Assembly: GCA_001643675.2 (NCBI GenBank)
Contig: LSRY02000006.1
Coordinates: 434,001 to 498,000 of the forward strand
Direction: 5' to 3'
Length of the DNA: 64,000 nucleotides
DNA from: Monocercomonoides exilis PA203
Taxonomy: Eukaryota > Protista > Preaxostyla
Under the pieces are notes generated by a model. That model did not search any database. It was not told the DNA's origin and saw only the letters and a program-made list of their open reading frames with translations. Numbering within the stretch: the stretch's first letter is position 1; each line of letters opens with the position of its first letter. The translations under genes and the position numbers were made by a program. Shown piece by piece: positions 57,501-64,000 of this stretch.

Positions 57501-60346
57501 CTGCAACACCAAAGTCCTCCTTATCGTTTACCTCTGCCTCTGCCTCAATTGCCGTATCGCCTCAGCTGTGTCTGGAAAAATGCGACAGAAAACAGCTGGC
57601 GTGCGACCTGTCCACACAGCACGTGTCTTCGCTTGCTGCTCTTTTCGAGGCGCAAAAGGCGATTTGGAGCAAAGCGACGCTGTTGAATGCAGAATTGATG
57701 GAGTCGCTGAACGAAGCAAAGGCAAAGAACGAAATGGCATTCAACAACTCCGTTCGCGATCTGATTAAACAGATATTGGCTGAGCTTAATGAAGAGAAGA
57801 AGGAAAGAAGCCAAACATCTGCTACATCTTTTGCTTCAACTATTTCAACAGTCAACAATGAAGCCACTTCGGCGATGGATAATTCTGTGGTTCCTCTGGC
57901 AAGATCACGGCCAGCGTCTCCTTCACCTGTTGGTCTATCATCTGCTTCGGCTCTTTCTTCTCCTGCTTCTCCTTCTCCTTCTCCTTCTTTATCACCTTCT
58001 TCAACTCAATCCGACTTCTCAAACTCTTCTGCTGGTTCAACACAAATTGCATTGTTGTCAAAACAGAAGAATGTGAATGATGGCTTAATCGAAAAATCTG
58101 CTGATCTGCCAAAAATACGAACATTTTTCTTTGGCGGGTCACATGGTTATCCAACATATTCATCATTCAGCAATTCCAATGAAATGGATCAATCAAATCC
58201 AAACAATTCATCCAGCTCATCTTCTCAAATTGTTCCTCTTCGATCATCAATTAATAACAGAAACAGTCAGAACTCTTTACTCCGAGTGTACAACTTATCA
58301 TTGCATTCCCCCATTCGTCAGTCAGTTTTGGGTCTGCCTCCTCCAATCGTGCGCCGCCGCATCCCTCCGCAGATTGAAACTGCCGAACAGCAGCTGCTCC
58401 GAGCAATGAAGACATTTGTCATTTCCACAGTGCGAAAGGAGATCTGGCGGAACACACCTGCCCAGCTTGGATCGATCTTGTCTAACTTGTCAGAAACACA
58501 GCGAGAGCTGGTTAGTTCTTTGAAACCTCCGCCTTTTAGCACTTTGAAGGTGTTTGGGGTTCAATCGCACCAGAAACAGCAGAGCGGCAGTCAATTGCAT
58601 GGAAGAAAAGGAGCAGAAAAGATGAAGAAGACAGCTGCTGGTGGATGGCAGAAGAGGCGAGCCACACGCCAATCGCAGGACGACAGCGAAAGAGGAAGCA
58701 GAGGAACTGGAATTGGCGCGGGTGCAGCCTCAGGTGCTGATCAGAGAGGAATGTCTGGAAGGAAAGTGGGAACGAAAATTCGGATCACATCAAGAGGAGA
58801 CAGAGAAAAGCGGACACTTGGCTTGACTACGCAGGAGAACGACGAAGAAGCGCTCTTCGCAAACAGCCCGACACCTTCTGAAAGCACAGCCGCTGCATCT
58901 TCTGCAGATTCATCAGCTGGCTTGGGTACTTCCAGTGCGCATGCACCAGCAGGTGCTGAGAAGGCTTCGGCGTCTGCTATGAGGCAGATCCAACAGCTGT
59001 CGGATCGGAGATTGATTCCATATGATTATCTGAACGAGGCACTGAAGAAGGAATCAGCTGAGCTTATAAACAAACTGAAGCGCATCGACACACCTACTCC
59101 TCTGCTCTATCGCTGGGTCAGAGCAACGCGCTGGATGAAGAATGCCATCCGTGGATTTGTCGTGACAATACAAGAAGCTCCAATCGTCACCAATCTGATA
59201 GCTCCTCAGACTCAGCCCAAAAACGGGAATGTGATGAACAAGCCGCAAGGCAGTCAGCCTAATCCAAATGGCTCACCAGCATCTTCTGCCTCATCTGCTG
59301 TCTCCACTCCTCAAAGCACCACACTTTATCCCAATCCAAATTTAGGCCCTTTGGCAAACAGAAATCTGCAGCAACCTTCAAATGCTGCTGGTTCATCCAA
59401 TCCTTCAATGAAAGCTGCTTCTTCTTCCTTGTCTTCTCTGAAGCTCTCAACAACCGAGCAGCAGCCTGCTTCTTCTTCAGCATCAGCCTCACCTTCTCAA
59501 TCTCCTCAGACTCAGCCTCGCATTCAGCGGAGAATTGTGACTAGATACATGCCGTACATGACTGTATACACTCCTCACGGCACCATCAGCTCCCAAACGA
59601 AGGGATTCCGCTGGTATCCTCAGGCCGACTTCAACAGATACTACGAGGCGCTGTGTGGAACGACGTTTTCAACGCCTGCTGTTCCTTTCACTCACTCGCT
59701 GCTGTCGCGTGCTGCACTTGCCCACTACACCTCCATTGGCGATGCTTACTGGCAGAAGGCAAAGAACATTTCTGGTGTGAACTACTTCCGGAAGTTCTTC
59801 GACTCTGCCGTTGAGATCTCTGCTGAGGTGAACAGGGAGATTGCCAAGTATGCGAGTGCTGAAGGGAAGGTTATTCTGACGCGGGGGATAAGAGGATGGG
59901 AAGAGGACCTCAGCAGAGAAATCCAGCTGCAGCGGGAGAAGCTGCCGGCGGGGACGAAGCTGAATGTGGATTACCTGCGGATGATGAAGGTAAAGTCCGC
60001 AAAGATCAGAGAGGAAATGGAAGTATCGCTGAAGAAAAAGAAGGAGAGAATTGCAGAAGTTGAAAAGGAGAAAGAGAGGCTGACAACTCTGTTGAGCATC
60101 ATTCTTTCTCAGATCGGTGATAAAATGGTTCAGGAAGGACAAATGACAAATGAGAAAGAGCAGATGAAAAATGATGGATCAGCTTCTACAGCTCCGTCCT
60201 CTCCAAACGCATTACCTGCAAATACCAATCAGCAAGAGATGTCAAATTCTTTATCATCTTCAGCATCATCATCATCTACTTCTTCTTCTTCTCAAAACTC
60301 TGCAAATCCAACTGCATCTTCCACAGCTGCATCTGCTCAAAACATG

Positions 60347-60378
<32 letters not shown>

Positions 60379-63361
60379 TGCATCGCCAACTCAATCTCAA
60401 TCTCCATCATTAGCATCAACACCAGTCTCGCCAGCAGAGTCATCAGGCTCTTCAACCCCAACGACTCCATCGCAAAATCAGACTCCAACTCCAAATGCTA
60501 ATGCCAATACAAATGCTTTTGACAGAGCCAACTCACCAACAACCGATCAAAAGCCCTTCCCTTCGATGTCCACCCTCATTTCCTGCATCGAGCCGTCCAA
60601 CCTGCGCCTTCTGTCAGCGCTGAATGTGATTCCGACCGAGGCGCAGATTGCGAAGTACCGCCACCGTGTGGAAGACGAGACGCTGGTGCAGGCCTTCAAA
60701 GAGCGCATGATCGACGCTGCACAGCTGAGCGACCTGACCGTTGCGTCGTGTGTAAAGTGGCTCAACAGCTACCTGCGCTCCACCACCAACGCCATGATCA
60801 ACTATCTCCCGCAGTTCCCGCAGCCGTTCAGCACGATCCAGACACGGTCATTGTCGTCAACAGGATTCAGACAGAGGACAGACAAACTGGCTTCGCACAG
60901 AATGTACTTCGAGAAGATGCTTAATGATGTCAGATATTCTCAGCGGAATTTGAGTCAGCAGGCGAAGCTGGCTGAAAGCAAGGCTGCTTCATCATCTTCA
61001 TCTGGATCTGCATCTGCATCTTTATCAGCTGTTAGACTTGTGCAATCACCAGCTTCGGTTTTAGGCGGTCTTTCTTCATCGCCTTCTCCTTCAGTGACAG
61101 TATCCACCTCTTCTGCAACAAGTTCGAGTTTGACTTCGCCTTCTCCAACATCCTCGCCAAATCCTGCAATAACATCACCTGAGCCAACATCTTCTCCTCT
61201 TCAATCAACTCCACAGACTGAAAAGAAAGAGCTGCAGACAGGAGCAACTCCTTCAACAGATGCGCTTTCAAGACAGAAATCAGCTTCTCCTTCGAATGTC
61301 TTCCAGTCTTCGTCGCCTCTACAGCCAACAATAGTGTCTGACTCGTCGTTGGCTCAGTCGTCCTCCACCCCTTCTCCTGCTGTGGAGAATGCAGCAGAAC
61401 AATCCAGTGCTCGCCCAGCAAGTGTTTCATCTCCTTCTTCGTTGTCTGTCTCTCCAGCAGCACAGCACAGCTCTCAATCTTCGCAGCAAGCTTCTCTTCA
61501 AAAACACAATCAGGTGAATCCAATGAGGCAGAATGTAATGCCCCAAACACAAATTTTGGAATTCTTGCTTGCTCATTCAGATTTTGCTTCAACTGGCAAA
61601 AGCGCAATGCCTCGAACTTCACCTCTTTTGACAGTCCTTTCAACAAATGTGAATTCGACCTCTGTTTCATCCATTATGTTCAACCATGCTTCATCTTCAT
61701 TGTCCTCTACGCCTTCTGTGTCTTCTCAGCATCTGAAGTCATTCAGTGATGCGGGAGTGTCGATCAGTCCGTTGGCGTCGTGCACGCCTTTGCACGGCAC
61801 AGGAACTGACTCGTCAATTGATGTGCCTGCTGTAATCACTGCTGCTTCTGCTGCCAACAAAGCAAATGCTTCATCGTCCTCATTGGCGATTTCTCCACCT
61901 CCCTCCTCTCTTCAGGTTTCTTCTCTTTCTTCACTTTCTACCTCTCCATCTACAGCAAGCATTAAAAGTGAAGAATCTGCGGTTCCTTCAACAACACCTA
62001 AAAATGTTGAATCTATTAGCTCGGAAACGCCAAAGTCTGAAAAATCTTCTTCTCCACTCACAATTAGCTTTTCCTCTCTTCTGCCTGAATCTGCAAATGC
62101 ATCGTCGTTATCTTCATCATCTTCTTTGAGCATCGATTCATCGGAAATTGTTTCAGAGGCATCGCAAGATGCTTTACAAAGGCAAATTAATGAAAGGAAG
62201 CTAATGATTGGAAGAGGCAAAGGAAGAAAAGGAAGAAAGCAACAGAACCAAAAATCAGAAGAAATTGATGTGCAGGAAATAAGTAGTGAATTATCAGCAA
62301 CGGAAATGAATAAAAATAGTAATGCTTATAATGGTGATGTTTCAACAGCCGATGAGGATAGCGATGTTAACAGCGAAAAAGAAGAGAGAAGCAAGAAAGG
62401 AAATAACTCAGAAAATAACCAAAATGAAAATGATGGAAAGTTAAGAAGAAATAAAAAGCACAATGAAAAGGAAGAGAATAAAAACGGACAGAGAAAAGCC
62501 GCTTTGCAGGAGAAGCAGAAAGATGATTCACAAATTTGGGACTTGAGCAAAGAAAATCACTTACTGATTTGTGATGTGGCTCAATACAGCGTTTGGGTAT
62601 CAATGGCAGATCAAAATGCAAGCAGCAAGGAAACAGACTCATTTTCATTCAGAAACAGCAATCTTCCCAAGTTTGCTGATTCCATAAGGTTCTCATTTAC
62701 TGCTGATCAGTCATTCGCCCAGCTCTTCACGCCTCTGATTAATCACCAGCTTCAAGTCGCGTTTGCCAAGCAGATTTCTCAAATAGCATCATCTTTGCTG
62801 GTTTCACAGCGGGGCGTCTCGCGCATTCATCTGGAAATACTAAGACGAGGAAAAGTGCCTTTCCCACTTCCGAAGCGTCTGACTGCGTTGGAGCGGGCGA
62901 TTGTCCTTCTGCTGGAAATATCTCTGTGTCTTCTGCAGAACAACCATCTGCTTCCGCCTGCTGTTGTTTCGATGCTGCTGTCATTGAAGGAACTGCCTGG
63001 TTGTGGGAACTTTGTTGATCGTTTGGTTGAGATTATTCCTGCTGCGATGAGAGAAATAGCAAGCAGTGCATGTCCTGTCAAGATGCTCAAAATAGCTGAA
63101 GATGCCACCCCGCAGATTGGTGGCTCGAGTTTTGATCGAAGCTATCGGAGAAACAAGAATTCAGATGAAAATGATACGAAAGTTGAAAGAAATACAGAAG
63201 CAATCGAAAAATTAAATGGGAATAACAGCTCTTCCATTGCAGATTCATCAAGGAAAGATGGGAAATTAAAGAGGCATCTACCTTTCTCTTCAGGTTCCTC
63301 AAAATTGTTTCAAATAGAATCAGCACTTGCAAATTCCCCAATAACAACCTTGTCATCATCA

Positions 63362-63396
<35 letters not shown>

Positions 63397-64000
63397 TTCC
63401 TCTTCCTCTTCCTCTTCCTCTTCCTCTTCCTCTTCCTCTTCCTCCTCAACTGCTTCTTCCTCTTCTTCTTCCTCATCTTCTGTTGGCGATTTAACGATCA
63501 GTCAGAAGCTTTCCAAAGCAAATCTTGTCTCCACAGATACTGTTCATGCATATATTCAAATTGCTCAAAAACAACATGTTTATTATGAAGATCTGAGGCG
63601 ACCAATTACGTATCTTCTGGAAAAAGAGGGGGTTTATCACACTTTCAGTGAGAAGGCACAGAGTGTTGCTCAAGCAGCGGAGTCATCTGCTTCACTTGAA
63701 AAATCTAATTCTTTGGATAATTCTGATAGAGCTCCTCAAAACAATGCAAGCAACAAAGCCGATGGAAATAAGTCAGAAAATTCAATAAGCTTGCCGGAGC
63801 AGAAAGTCAGTTATGGAAATGACAACAGAATGGACATTGAACCTTCTTCTGTCAGTTCGGAAGCGGCGCAAGAAAGTCAAACTATCACAACCTCAACCTC
63901 TCAATCAAATGGAAATAATGAAACAGCATCTGCAAATAACCAAGAAAAGAAAAGTTTTCTGATGCAAAGAATCCAACCACGAAGACACAAATACTCTGTG
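39525..64000 (+). CDS. Giant (>8000 aa, 3'-incomplete) protein: FKBP15-like PH/WH1 + FKBP module, HSA-like helix, degenerate SWR1/p400-type Snf2 ATPase, and >4000 aa unassigned C-terminal region
   Basis: Inferred exons 39525-39527 (ATG only, least certain), 39672-39736, 39808-39964, 40071-42432 and 42585 to beyond 64000, all phase-compatible GT-AG. In the last exon, codons start at positions = 2 mod 3. I found no stop in the many lines translated, and the ORF track lists no stop-terminated ORF in that frame. Snf2 motifs: LRCFQQTAVNWM..MHERKMSVVLADESGLGKR (Walker A 44984-45010), YLVVCST....HWAKEAHKWCP, WDTIVLDLHH (Walker B 46109-46120), PFILKRRWEDVESQI, STKLQSLYTLL, SRVLVLTS...LVSSFL, IFVIVASDTLEE. 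Confidence 0.85.
63353..63448 (+). repeat. (TCTTCC)n-based tract encoding ~32 consecutive serines in the giant protein
   Basis: Read directly in the coding frame. Confidence 0.85.

Noticed and set aside
42441-63673. Dozens of 60-210 aa ORFs listed across the last 21 kb
   Set aside because: All are off-frame or antisense to the single open giant exon.
1-64000. tRNA, rRNA, CRISPR arrays or prokaryotic operons
   Set aside because: None recognised by eye, and the tandem repeats are simple coding microsatellites. A tRNAscan-SE/Infernal run would be needed to exclude small RNAs.

Overview
Eukaryotic, AT-rich genomic DNA with short GT-AG introns, the standard genetic code and serine/acidic low-complexity-inflated proteins. 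The style and the repeated beta-helix/TM/kinase-remnant family suggest an oxymonad such as Monocercomonoides; this is inferred, not database-checked. In order, the window holds: (1) the 3' part of a surface receptor-like pseudokinase gene; (2) a 2520-aa MPPED-type metallophosphoesterase with a very large low-complexity tail; (3) a 6-exon uncharacterised gene; (4) a full-length intronless ~2581-aa paralog of the receptor family, plus decayed relics of the family; (5) a complete but dead 2.0-kb pogo/Fot1-like DD35D DNA transposon with 40-bp TIRs, TA target duplication and an intron; (6) a 6-exon Vps39/Vam6-like gene of ~1996 aa; and (7) head-to-head with it, a giant gene mostly missing from the ORF track. 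That gene's last visible exon is a stop-free frame of >21 kb (42585 to the window end). The predicted protein is >8000 aa and appears to fuse an FKBP15-like PH/WH1+FKBP module to an HSA-like helix and a catalytically degenerate SWR1/p400-type Snf2 ATPase, followed by >4000 aa of unassigned sequence. This is the most novel-looking object in the window. All family assignments come from motif recognition by eye.
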